Origin: an uncultured Lachnospiraceae bacterium
GTDB lineage: Bacteria; Bacillota; Clostridia; Lachnospirales; Lachnospiraceae
Assembly: GCA_948989975.1 (NCBI GenBank)
Contig: CARHSH010000001.1
Span: 18,906 to 82,905, forward strand
Direction: 5' to 3'
Length of the DNA stretch: 64,000 nucleotides
Shown: positions 49,154-59,007 of the stretch, one piece after another
Layout: each line of letters begins with the position of its first letter
Position numbering within the stretch: the stretch's first letter is position 1
Notes under the pieces: generated by a model
Told to the model about the DNA's origin: nothing
Seen by the model: the letters and a program-made list of their open reading frames with translations, nothing else
Databases searched by the model: none
Translations under genes and position numbers: made by a program

Positions 49154-50215
49154 ATGGCAGATAAAATCCGAATGGATTCGCACAAATTAATTTATCATCC
49201 AGAGAGGGTTGCGGCTTGGAAGCGTGGAGAAAATATATATCCGATTGAATTGGAAATAGGATTAACAAACGCCTGTAATCATAGATGCATTTTTTGCGCA
49301 GTGGATTATACAGGTTACAAACCGACAATGCTTGAGGCGGATCTTTTAAAATTAAGGATCAGTGAGTTTGCAGAAAAAGGAGTGAAATCTATTATATATG
49401 CCGGAGAAGGGGAACCGCTTTTAAATAAAGACGCGGCAGATATTATTAATTTCACGAAAAAAAGCGGAATAGATGCGGCGTTATCTACAAATGGAGCATT
49501 GCTTACGCCGGAAGCATCGAGAGACTGTCTGGCTTCTTTGACATGGATTCGTTTTAGTACGGCCGCAATTAGAGAAAAAACGTATGAGAAAATCCATCAA
49601 TGCCGGAAAGGAGAGCTTAAAACTGTTTTAAATAATATTCAGGAAGCAGTCCGGACGAAAAAAGATCAAGGGCTCAAAACGACGATTGGCGCGCAATTAT
49701 TGCTTCTGCCGGATAATAAAGATGAAGTTGTGGAGATGGCGAAGGAAATGAAAAAAATAGGAGTGGATTATTTTACGGTAAAACCATTTTCGCAGCATCC
49801 GTCAAGCGGCAATATCTTGCAAGTGGATTATCAGGAATTACTGGAATTGGAACGGGAATTAGAAGGAATTGGAACGGAAGAATTTAAAATATATTTCCGG
49901 GCGCATTCTATGAAGAAATTGGCATGTGAGCGCGGTTATAAGCAATGTCTGGCGCTGCCATTTATGGTATACATTGATGCGAAGGGGAATTTATGGCCCT
50001 GTATTGTGTTTATGGGGCAGGAACAGTTTAGTTATGGAAATTTATATAATGCATCATTTGAAGAAATATGGGAAGGAGAGCGGAGGAAGAAGCTGATTCA
50101 AGAGTTTTCCCAGATGGATTTAGAGAAAAATTGCAGGGAGTTGTGCAGGCTGGATGAAATGAATAAGTATCTCAATGATTTGAGAAATCCCGGACTTCAT
50201 GTAAATTTTATATAG
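49154..50215 (+). CDS. Radical SAM enzyme with Cys-rich (SPASM/twitch-like) C-terminus, paralogue A
   Basis: CNHRCIFC CX3CX2C motif; C-terminal CLALPFMVYIDAKGNLWPC. Confidence 0.7.
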   Translation: MADKIRMDSHKLIYHPERVAAWKRGENIYPIELEIGLTNACNHRCIFCAVDYTGYKPTMLEADLLKLRISEFAEKGVKSIIYAGEGEPLLNKDAADIINFTKKSGIDAALSTNGALLTPEASRDCLASLTWIRFSTAAIREKTYEKIHQCRKGELKTVLNNIQEAVRTKKDQGLKTTIGAQLLLLPDNKDEVVEMAKEMKKIGVDYFTVKPFSQHPSSGNILQVDYQELLELERELEGIGTEEFKIYFRAHSMKKLACERGYKQCLALPFMVYIDAKGNLWPCIVFMGQEQFSYGNLYNASFEEIWEGERRKKLIQEFSQMDLEKNCRELCRLDEMNKYLNDLRNPGLHVNFI

Positions 50216-50265
50216 TATCCGTTTATTCCAATAGGAGAATAAATTTTAAGAGTTAGGAGAGAACG

Positions 50266-51111
50266 ATGGATTTAAAAGAGCGGGCGGCTGAAATAAGAAA
50301 AATGATTTTTAAAATGGCATACCGGGGAGGGAGCGGGCATTTGGCATCGGCTTTTTCGATTGTGGAAATTTTAACGGTTTTATATTTTGGGGGAATTTTA
50401 AATATAGATCCGAAAAATCCGGATTGGGCGCAAAGGGATAAATTGATATTAAGCAAGGGACACGCGAGTTTGGCATTATATAGTGTATTGGGTATGAAGG
50501 GATTTTTTCCACAAAAAGAGTTACAGACTTTTTGCAAGCCGGGTTCAGAATTCGGAGGAGAACCCAGAATGGGGCATATACCGGGCGTAGAGGCGACTAC
50601 AGGCTCGCTTGGGCATGGGCTTTCATTTGGCGTGGGGATTGCAATGGCGCATAAGATGAATGGGGAAGCGAACAGGACATATGTGATAATTGGAGATGGC
50701 GAATGCCAAGAAGGAAGTATATGGGAAGCTGTAATAGCGGCGCCGCACCACAAACTAGACAATTTGACAGTGATTTTAGATAATAACAGGCTACAGGCAA
50801 TGGGGAAAGTGGAGGATATTCTTGCGTTGCGCCGCCTGCGGGAAAGCTGGGAAAATTTCGGCTGGGGCATCGCAACAGTAGATGGGCACGATATAGAAAA
50901 GCTTTGTAAATGTCTGGATAAGGACAGACAAACGGAAGATGGCAGACCGCATTTAATTTGTGCGGATACAGTGAAAGGAAAAGGCGTTTCCTTTATGGAA
51001 AGCGAGCCCATCTGGCATTATCGGATGCCGAATGAACAGGAATTAGAAATTGTATTGCAAGATTTGGGCATGACAAGAGAGGAGCTGATTCAATGCGAAA
51101 TGAATATTTAG
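50266..51111 (+). CDS. tktA: Transketolase, N-terminal (TPP-binding) subunit
   Basis: GSGHLASAFS, GHASLALY, IIGDGECQEG motifs; 281 aa. Confidence 0.8.
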   Translation: MDLKERAAEIRKMIFKMAYRGGSGHLASAFSIVEILTVLYFGGILNIDPKNPDWAQRDKLILSKGHASLALYSVLGMKGFFPQKELQTFCKPGSEFGGEPRMGHIPGVEATTGSLGHGLSFGVGIAMAHKMNGEANRTYVIIGDGECQEGSIWEAVIAAPHHKLDNLTVILDNNRLQAMGKVEDILALRRLRESWENFGWGIATVDGHDIEKLCKCLDKDRQTEDGRPHLICADTVKGKGVSFMESEPIWHYRMPNEQELEIVLQDLGMTREELIQCEMNI

Positions 51112-52016
51112 CGGAACTATATCATCTTGCAAAAAATGATCGGAATGTGCTTTCTTTAGTGTCCGATAATGGCATGATTGTATATGATGAATTTCGGGCG
51201 GCTTTTCCAGAGCAATATTTTAATTTTGGCATTTCAGAATGCCATATGATTGCGGCGGCGGCAGGAATGGCGACATGTGGGAAAATTCCTTTTGCATATA
51301 CAATTAGTTCATTTTTGGCGTACCGGGCATACGAATTTTTAAGGCTGGACGTATGTCTGGAAAATTTGAATGTAAAGATAGTTGGAATAGGCACAGGCGT
51401 ATCTTATGGCTATTTAGGCCCTACGCATCATACGACAGAGGATTTGGCTCTTTTGCGATCACTGCCTAATTTGACTATATTTTCTCCGGCAAGCCCAATG
51501 GAAGCGCGCGAGGCGGTACGGGCTGCATATCAAATAAAGGGACCTGTCTATATCCGGCTTGGCAGCAGCGGGGAACCGGAGGTTCATACGGAAAAATTTT
51601 CTTTTGAAATTGGGAAAGGGCAGGTCATATTTGACGGGCATGACATTGCGCTGATAACTTCAGGGGCAATCACGGCTGAAGTGAAAATAGCGGCGGAGCG
51701 GCTTATGGAAGAAGGAATATCAGTTAAGCTGATTAGTATGCACACGATAAAGCCTTTTGATGAGGATCTTATAGCAAAAACGGCTGAAAAGGTTTCTAAA
51801 TTAGCTGTAATAGAAGAACATAATATTATCGGCGGGTTAGGAAGCGCAGTGGCTGAGACATTAGCAGACAGGCAGATTGCAATTCCTTTTTATAGAATTG
51901 GGTTATATGATCAATTTGCAAAAGGCTATGGAACGGGACAACAGGTACGGATGCAAAATAGGCTGGACAGTGAAGGGATTTATCAACAAATCAGCCAATA
52001 TGTAAAGGAAGGATGA
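51093..52016 (+). CDS. tktB: Transketolase, C-terminal (pyrimidine/C-terminal domain) subunit
   Basis: 307 aa; overlaps the N-subunit gene by 19 nt, typical of split tkt. Confidence 0.8.
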   Translation: MRNEYLAELYHLAKNDRNVLSLVSDNGMIVYDEFRAAFPEQYFNFGISECHMIAAAAGMATCGKIPFAYTISSFLAYRAYEFLRLDVCLENLNVKIVGIGTGVSYGYLGPTHHTTEDLALLRSLPNLTIFSPASPMEAREAVRAAYQIKGPVYIRLGSSGEPEVHTEKFSFEIGKGQVIFDGHDIALITSGAITAEVKIAAERLMEEGISVKLISMHTIKPFDEDLIAKTAEKVSKLAVIEEHNIIGGLGSAVAETLADRQIAIPFYRIGLYDQFAKGYGTGQQVRMQNRLDSEGIYQQISQYVKEG

Positions 52017-53131
52017 CAAAAATGGAGTCAGAAAAATTAATATTAGACGGCAGTAAAGTATTATGGCACAAAGATAGAATAGAGCAATGGAAAAAGGGGG
52101 AGCGTTTTGCGCCTGTTACGATTGATTGCGCGCTGACTACGAAATGCAGTTACCGCTGTGTGTATTGTTATGGAAAAATGCAGTGCATAAACCAGTCGGA
52201 TAATCTTGACGAAGAAACAATTTTACGCTTTTTAGAGGATGCGGCGGAAATAGGAGTAAAAGCGGTTAGTTTTGTAAGCGATGGAGAAAGCACATGTAAC
52301 CCACATTTGAAAAAAGCGGTTTTACATGGCAAGAGCCTTGGATTAGATATGGCTCTTGGCACAAATGGCTTTTTGTTAAAAGATGAGGAATTAGAGGAAA
52401 TTTTGCCGGCGCTTACTTATTTGCGTTTTAATATATCGGCTGGGGAGAGGGAACGATATGCCGAAATTCATGGCTGCGCCTTAAAATGCTATGATAAAGT
52501 AATTGAAACGATGAAAAAAGCGGTAGATATTAGGGAGAAGAAAGATCTGGCGGTTACAATTGGAATGCAAATGGTTTTAATGCCAGATTTTGCAGATCAG
52601 ATTCTTCCGCTTACAAAGTTAGGCAGAGAGATTGGCGTGGATTATCTCGTGATTAAACATTGCAGTGATGATGAGGAAGGCACGCTTGGCGTAAATTACG
52701 AAAAATATGATGCCGTGATTCCGGTTTTAAAGGAAGCGGAAACTTATTCTACGGATAAGTATCAGGTTTCGGCAAAATGGTCAAAGATTTTAAGCCATGG
52801 GAAGAAAAGTTACTGTAAGTGTTTTGGAGCCCCCTTTATTCTTCAAATGTCGGGTACGGGCCTTGTGGCTCCTTGTGGAATGTTTTTCAATGAGAAATAT
52901 AGTAAATACCATATTGGAAATATTAAGGAAAAGAGATTTAAAGAGATATTTGAAAGCGACAGGTATTGGGAAGTTATGAAAATGATAACAGACGAAACTT
53001 TTGATCCAAACCGCGATTGCGGTACGCTCTGTCTTCAGCATAAAACAAATGAGGCATTGTGGAAGATCTATCAAACAGGGACAATTCCAAAGAGTCCGGA
53101 AATTGAACCGAATCATATTAATTTTATATAA
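52013..53131 (+). CDS. Radical SAM enzyme, paralogue B of the 49154 gene
   Basis: CSYRCVYC motif; the N-terminus HKDRIEQWKKGE parallels HPERVAAWKRGE of paralogue A; ATGA overlap with tktB. Confidence 0.7.
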   Translation: MTKMESEKLILDGSKVLWHKDRIEQWKKGERFAPVTIDCALTTKCSYRCVYCYGKMQCINQSDNLDEETILRFLEDAAEIGVKAVSFVSDGESTCNPHLKKAVLHGKSLGLDMALGTNGFLLKDEELEEILPALTYLRFNISAGERERYAEIHGCALKCYDKVIETMKKAVDIREKKDLAVTIGMQMVLMPDFADQILPLTKLGREIGVDYLVIKHCSDDEEGTLGVNYEKYDAVIPVLKEAETYSTDKYQVSAKWSKILSHGKKSYCKCFGAPFILQMSGTGLVAPCGMFFNEKYSKYHIGNIKEKRFKEIFESDRYWEVMKMITDETFDPNRDCGTLCLQHKTNEALWKIYQTGTIPKSPEIEPNHINFI

Positions 53132-53170
53132 ATTTCAGAAATCTGGAAAAATAAGCATGGAGGCTGAAAA

Positions 53171-54700
53171 ATGGCACTTGTTGTGACAAAAGCGGAATTT
53201 AGGAATATAAGAAAGGAATTGCGGGCGGAAGGGAAGAAAGTGGTTCTCTGCCATGGCGTATTTGATTTAGTGCATCCCGGCCATATCATTCATTTTGAAG
53301 AAGCAAAAAAGATGGGGGACGTTTTAGTGGCGTCTGTCACGGCGGCAAAATATGTGAGAAAAGGTCCGGATAGGCCGTATTTTGGAGATGAGATGCGTCT
53401 GAAATTTTTATCTTCGATTGCGTATATTGATTATATTCTTTTGTCAGAGGGCTTTACTGTAGATGATATTATTGAAGCGGCGGAGCCGGACTTGTATGTA
53501 AAAGGCTCGGAGTATCAGGCGCAAGAAGATGACATTACCGGAAAGATTGCCGGAGAAATAGAGCTGGTCCGTAAACATGGAGGGGAAATTGCTTATACAG
53601 GCGGGCAGGTGTTTAGTTCAACGAAACTAATCAACCATGCTTTTCCATCACTTTCTGAGGAAGTGAAACAATTTATGAAATCATTTTCAGATAAGTATAG
53701 TTTATCTGAAATCAGAGCGCTGGCGGAAAAAATTTCGGGCTTTAAGATAGCGGTAATTGGAGACGTAATTATAGATGAATATATTTATTGCAATGTACAG
53801 GGGTTAATGTCGAAAGACAGGGGATATTCTGCCCGTTATAGATATGTGGAGCAGTATTTAGGCGGTTCGTTAGCCGTGGCGAGGCATATTGCCTCATTTT
53901 GTGACGACGTCACTCTTTTGAGCGTTGTAGGGAAAGAGGAGGCGGTACATAGCCGGATGTTAGACGAACTTGGCGATAAGATGAGGATAGACGTAACGTT
54001 TAGCGATGTTTTTGAAACCATTATAAAAACACGGTACGTTTCCATGAATGAAAAACGGGAAGAGCTTGATAAAATTTTCGCTGTAAATAACCTTCCTGTA
54101 TATATGCGCATTGATAAACCTGCATTAGATAAGTTTAAAGAAAAAATAAAAGAGAAAATAGAACAGTGTGACGTGGTTATTTTGTGTGATTTTGGGCATG
54201 GGCTGATAGATGAAGAAGTGATGGATTTGATTCAGTCTAAGGCGAAGTTTTTAGCGTTGAACTGCCAGACTAATTCATCGAATTATGGAAAAAATTTAAT
54301 TACAAAATATAAACGGGCAGATGTATTTGCGATTGACCAGAAAGAATTGGGGCTGGCATTTGCGAATTACCGTTTAGATGAGCAAGAGCTTCTTCAGAAG
54401 TTAGAAAAACATTTGGACTGCCATGGGTGGCTGACACAGGGATCCCAAGGGGCAGTTTCGATTGAAGATGGAGAAATAAAACATTGTCCGGCATTTGTTT
54501 TAAAAGTGAAAGACACCATTGGAGCAGGGGATGCGTTCTTTTCCATTGCAAGCTTATTTGCGGCAGCAGGCGCTTCCATGGAGATGGGAACATTTATGGG
54601 AAATATTGCGGGGGCATTGGCGACAAATATCGTAGGAAACAAAAAAGGCATTGATAAAGTAGATGTACTGAAGTACGCTTCTACTTTACTTAATATATGA
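53171..54700 (+). CDS. hldE: Bifunctional heptose-1-phosphate adenylyltransferase (N-terminal) and PfkB-family heptose-7-phosphate kinase (C-terminal). It is HldE/RfaE-like with reversed domain order.
   Basis: The N-terminus VLCHGVFDLVHPGHIIHFEEAKKMGDVLV...PDLYVKGSEY aligns with E. coli RfaE domain II. The C-terminus carries the GAGDAFFSIASLFAAAG PfkB signature. Confidence 0.6.
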   Translation: MALVVTKAEFRNIRKELRAEGKKVVLCHGVFDLVHPGHIIHFEEAKKMGDVLVASVTAAKYVRKGPDRPYFGDEMRLKFLSSIAYIDYILLSEGFTVDDIIEAAEPDLYVKGSEYQAQEDDITGKIAGEIELVRKHGGEIAYTGGQVFSSTKLINHAFPSLSEEVKQFMKSFSDKYSLSEIRALAEKISGFKIAVIGDVIIDEYIYCNVQGLMSKDRGYSARYRYVEQYLGGSLAVARHIASFCDDVTLLSVVGKEEAVHSRMLDELGDKMRIDVTFSDVFETIIKTRYVSMNEKREELDKIFAVNNLPVYMRIDKPALDKFKEKIKEKIEQCDVVILCDFGHGLIDEEVMDLIQSKAKFLALNCQTNSSNYGKNLITKYKRADVFAIDQKELGLAFANYRLDEQELLQKLEKHLDCHGWLTQGSQGAVSIEDGEIKHCPAFVLKVKDTIGAGDAFFSIASLFAAAGASMEMGTFMGNIAGALATNIVGNKKGIDKVDVLKYASTLLNI

Positions 54701-54738
54701 TGATTCTAAAGATATATTTATAAAATGGAGGGTAAGAA

Positions 54739-56379
54739 ATGAAGATTTTGTTGGTGGTTCCGCAATACTATAGCCGGAAAGAACGATATTATCAAATGCC
54801 ATTAGGCTTAGCGTATGTGAATGCAGCTCTGCGGGAAGCAAATTTAGATGTGCAATGCCTGAATATGAACCATATTGAAGCAGAAGACGCCTATTCAGTT
54901 TTAGCTGAACGGGTAGTAAATTCCAATATTGACGTTGTCCTTTGCGGCGGAATAAGCCCGCTTTGGAAAACGATTAAAAAAGTGTTTGATACAGTTAAAA
55001 GGGCAAAAGCTTCCATAATTACTGTGGGGGGGGGTGGAGCCTTTACGTCGGAGCCTCTTATTTCAGCGGAACTTCTTGAAGTAGATTATGCTGTAATTGG
55101 AGAAGGGGAGATTACAGATGTAGAGCTTATTCAAACGTTGATGGCGAATCAGAATGTAAGCAATGTAAAAGGAATTGTATATAAAACGCCGGACGGATAT
55201 AGGCAGACGGCTCCGAGGGAAGAAATTGCCGATGTGGATTCCATTCCATTTCCATGCTATGAGGGGTTTGACATGGATTTATATTTAGAAAATCAAATGG
55301 TGAGCGATGAATATTATTCTTTTTATTCGGACAAGCCGAGAATTATGCCGATGATTTTAGGCAGGTCATGCCCTTATCAATGCAAATTTTGTTTTCACCC
55401 TATAGGAAATAAATACAGGGTGCGAAGTCTGGATAATTTTTTTATGGAACTGGATCAATGGAAGAATAAGTATGCTCCAACCTGTATTTTGATATTAGAT
55501 GAATTATTTAGCGCAAGCGTTGAAAGAGTGTATGAGTTTTGTGAAAGAATAAAAGGATATGAGATAAAATGGATTGTCCAAATGCGGGTGGATATTATCA
55601 CGAAAGAGTTATTGCAGACAATGCGGGACGCCGGATGCCTCAGCATCAGTTATGGACTTGAAAGTTTTAGCCCTGCAGTTTTGAAAAATATGAGAAAACA
55701 TATCTCTTTAGCAGACATAGAAAACGCTTTAAAATTGACTTATGAAGCAAAAATAGACATTCAGGGCAATTTTATTTTTGGAGACGAGTTAGAAAATGAG
55801 CATACGATATATGAAACATTGCGGTTTTGGTTTCAGCATCCAGAATATAAAATTAATTTGGGGTGGATAGAGACATATCCGGGATGCGGCTATTATCGGG
55901 AATTATCGAAAAATTGGAGCGTTGAGGAGAAAAAAGCATTTTTAGAAATGAGTGAATGGCTGACAAATTTAACAAAGATGCCAGATGAAGAATATGGGAA
56001 ATATAAAGTTGTGATTCAACTGCTTACATTTTATTATAACCCAGATTGTGTGAAAGAAAAAGAGACGCGGACAGACGAAAATGGCGATGGGATTATTGAA
56101 GCGAAGTGCGTGCATTGCGGTTCGGTAAATCGGTGGGCAGGAGTTAAAAAATATCTGCTAAATCAATCGTATTTTAAATTATGCTGCCGGAAATGCAATC
56201 ATAGGAATGTGATTTACAGCAGGAAAGAAAGGTTAAAAAATTGGGATTTAATTCTGCCATTATGTGAGAAAATGGCTTTGGCAACAAAGGAAGATGAATT
56301 TATTAAAGCGGTAAACGCTTTATATGAGACGTATATGGTGACGCATGACCCAGAAAATCCATTTCCTGTTTTGTTTTAG
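54739..56379 (+). CDS. B12-binding-domain radical SAM enzyme (class B, probable sugar C/O-methyltransferase or rearrangement enzyme)
   Basis: N-terminal cobalamin-binding-like domain; CPYQCKFCFHP CX3CX2C motif; 546 aa. Confidence 0.65.
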   Translation: MKILLVVPQYYSRKERYYQMPLGLAYVNAALREANLDVQCLNMNHIEAEDAYSVLAERVVNSNIDVVLCGGISPLWKTIKKVFDTVKRAKASIITVGGGGAFTSEPLISAELLEVDYAVIGEGEITDVELIQTLMANQNVSNVKGIVYKTPDGYRQTAPREEIADVDSIPFPCYEGFDMDLYLENQMVSDEYYSFYSDKPRIMPMILGRSCPYQCKFCFHPIGNKYRVRSLDNFFMELDQWKNKYAPTCILILDELFSASVERVYEFCERIKGYEIKWIVQMRVDIITKELLQTMRDAGCLSISYGLESFSPAVLKNMRKHISLADIENALKLTYEAKIDIQGNFIFGDELENEHTIYETLRFWFQHPEYKINLGWIETYPGCGYYRELSKNWSVEEKKAFLEMSEWLTNLTKMPDEEYGKYKVVIQLLTFYYNPDCVKEKETRTDENGDGIIEAKCVHCGSVNRWAGVKKYLLNQSYFKLCCRKCNHRNVIYSRKERLKNWDLILPLCEKMALATKEDEFIKAVNALYETYMVTHDPENPFPVLF

Positions 56380-56396
56380 GAAAAGGATTTCCGCCA

Positions 56397-57092
56397 TTAA
56401 ATTGTGACATTAAAGTATTGTTGGGCCTTACAGTATTTTTTCTGCCTGTTTCTGATTAAGACACTGCCGTCAGGGTTACGCAGCACAACGGAATCATCGG
56501 AGACCGGCTGTCCATATACAAACGCATCTACTCCAATGGATACACGGTTTCCGATTGGTTCATTGCCTATAATTTTAGCTCCGGCGGCTAAGTAGAGCCC
56601 TTTTCCGAGTTTTGGGACAGTTTCGCCGACAGGGCTTTCACCGGTATTGATGGTGACATTTTGGCCTATTACAAGAAAATCACTGTAAGCTGCATTGCCA
56701 ATTACGCTTCCTACCGGATGTGTAAGGAAGAATATTTCCGGCAGTTTGCCTTTGTAAGAGATAAAAAAACTATGTAAAGTTTTATTCAAGTAAATTAATT
56801 TGTCACAGACAGATTTGTTTGCGGAAAGCTCCCACAGTGAGTTAGCCCAAAAATATAAAAACTGGGCATACTGGTCAGAATGCAGATGCGAGAAAAATGT
56901 TTCGCCTTGGTTATCTGAATATGCGGAATTTTTAATAAAACGGAAGCAATGCTCTGTCCGTTCTAAGGCGCGTTCAAAAGCGGCGTCAACGTCGCTGCCT
57001 TTTAGAGTATGAGTATTGCGATCCGGAAAAAAAAGCTCTAACTGATGCAGCGTATATGTTTGAAGTTCTTGTTTCGGTAATGATAGGTTCAT
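56397..57092 (-). CDS. Hexapeptide-repeat (LbH) acetyltransferase
   Basis: C-terminal left-handed-helix repeats (GSVIGNAAYSDFLVIGQNVTIN...IGNRVSIGVDAFV). The ATG at 57092 overlaps the upstream stop (ATGA). Confidence 0.55.
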   Translation of the reverse strand: MNLSLPKQELQTYTLHQLELFFPDRNTHTLKGSDVDAAFERALERTEHCFRFIKNSAYSDNQGETFFSHLHSDQYAQFLYFWANSLWELSANKSVCDKLIYLNKTLHSFFISYKGKLPEIFFLTHPVGSVIGNAAYSDFLVIGQNVTINTGESPVGETVPKLGKGLYLAAGAKIIGNEPIGNRVSIGVDAFVYGQPVSDDSVVLRNPDGSVLIRNRQKKYCKAQQYFNVTI

Positions 57093-58061
57093 TTCTTCTT
57101 CCTTTTTTGAATATAAATTGGCTCTAAAATAAAACGTGGGAGAATTGCGTATGGCCATACATGGAACCATATCGTAGGATATTTGTATGTATTTAAAAAT
57201 AATATCCATTTATCGTCCATATCATACTGATTATCCTCTACGCTGTATTTTAGGATAGAATCTTTAATAAATCCTTTCATGTCAGTAAGAAAGATTTTTT
57301 TCATCTGGCTTTTTGGAAAACCGGCTTTTACGGCTGTTTGGAGCAAAAGTCTTTTATATTGCTTTACCCAGACTTCAAATAAATTAAATCCGCCGCTGTT
57401 ATTATTTTTTGCGGCTAAATAGGGGGCTTTTGTCAGGATCATTTTAGTATTTTTGCCTGAGAGAATGTGAAATACGATATGCGCGTGTAGAAAATGGGTT
57501 CCAAAATATTTCTCAGGATGCTTTATTTGTTTAAATTTGCTCATTTTCAGAACGGTTGCAGATATATACGTTACATAAACGCCAATGTAATTCATCAGAA
57601 GGGTTTTATCGTAAGTAATCAGATCGTTTGTTTCCCTAAGTTTTATTCTTGGCGCTTTTCTAATGTCCGGATTGAATGTCTGTGTTGAATATGTAAAAGA
57701 ATTTATATTAATATAGGCTGGTCTTTCTGTTTTTATCAGATATAATATTTTTTTTATCGCTCCGGGCAGCAATATGTCATCGTCCGAGAGAAACTGTATA
57801 TATTCGCCGTTCGCTTTTTGGAAACAGTTAAAAAAATTTTTATCCATACCCAAATTTTTTGAATTACGATAATAACGTATCTTATGTTCTTTGCAATATT
57901 TTTTCATTACTTTTGGGGTCTCGTCTGTGGAAGCGTTATCTGATACAAGGATTTCAACGCCGTCTTCCAACTGCCCTAGCGCGCTTTCTAATGACTGGCA
58001 TAATAAATGACAGCGGTTATAGGTAGGGATAGCGACTGTCAGTATAATTTTTTGTCCCATG
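57089..58061 (-). CDS. GT2-family glycosyltransferase
   Basis: ILTVAIPTYNR...ILVSDNASTD GT-A motifs; start at MGQKI with RBS GAGG. Confidence 0.7.
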
Positions 58062-58064
58062 ATC

Positions 58065-58997
58065 TTACCTCTTTCTTTTGGTTTCATAATACTGGATTGT
58101 TTTTTGGATGCCTTCTTCAAAGGGAATTTCAGGCTTCCAGCCGGTATCTCTTGTAAGAGGTTCAATATTGATACAAGAACTTGGCATTATGCCGGGGGAG
58201 CTGATTTTTCTTTCGGGAGGGGGAGTTTTTTCTCCAATGCCTAAAGGAAGCGATGGGTTTATCATGTCCCGAATAGTTAAGACGTATTCCCGAAGTGTTT
58301 TGTGCGTTCCGCTTCCTATTCCATATGTAATATTATGCCTGCCTTTCTCTCCAATTTTAATAATTGCTTTTGCTACATCTGATACATAGACAAAATCCCA
58401 ATTAGACTGGAGATTGCCATAGACAGGGTATTTGCCATCTAAAAGAGTGGTAATCGTATAAGTCAGGATATTGTCTTCTGTTCTTCCTTCCCCATATGTG
58501 CTTGGAAGAACAGTCCAAATCATATCCTGCCCTAATTGCGCGGCAACGGCTTCTAACAGATAGTGGACGGAAGTTTTTGTGGCTCCATAGATGTCAATGG
58601 GCGTCTGTTTCCTTGAAAAATCAATGACGCATTCATTATAAACATATTCTGCCACTGTGCCTGCGGCCAGAAATAGTTTGCATTTTAAATATTTAGAGAG
58701 ACGTAACATATCCAGAGAAGTTTCGATATTGCTTAATTGCAAAGGAATGTTGTTTTTTTCTTTCCCAGAAACGCCTGCCCAGCCAAGATGATAAAATATA
58801 TCATATGTTTTTCCAGACAGCCTTTGCGCCAGTTCTTTAAATTGATAGCCGGCAGTTATTGTTTTTACGGAAGAATTATGAAATGGCATAGAGGAGGGGG
58901 AGGAGGTCAGGACGGTTACGTTAGCGCCTGATTTTAATAATTCCGCAACAACATATCTGCCGATAAATCCGGTTCCTCCTGTAAGAATGGCTTTCAT
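58065..58997 (-). CDS. NAD(P)-dependent SDR nucleotide-sugar epimerase/reductase
   Basis: TGGTGFIGRYV; YGATK dyad; 310 aa. Confidence 0.65.
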   Translation of the reverse strand: MKAILTGGTGFIGRYVVAELLKSGANVTVLTSSPSSMPFHNSSVKTITAGYQFKELAQRLSGKTYDIFYHLGWAGVSGKEKNNIPLQLSNIETSLDMLRLSKYLKCKLFLAAGTVAEYVYNECVIDFSRKQTPIDIYGATKTSVHYLLEAVAAQLGQDMIWTVLPSTYGEGRTEDNILTYTITTLLDGKYPVYGNLQSNWDFVYVSDVAKAIIKIGEKGRHNITYGIGSGTHKTLREYVLTIRDMINPSLPLGIGEKTPPPERKISSPGIMPSSCINIEPLTRDTGWKPEIPFEEGIQKTIQYYETKRKR

Positions 58998-59007
58998 ATT
59001 CTTCCTC

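Noticed and set aside
50253-51011. 252-aa minus-strand ORF
   Set aside because: Antisense to the transketolase N-terminal subunit with clear TPP motifs.
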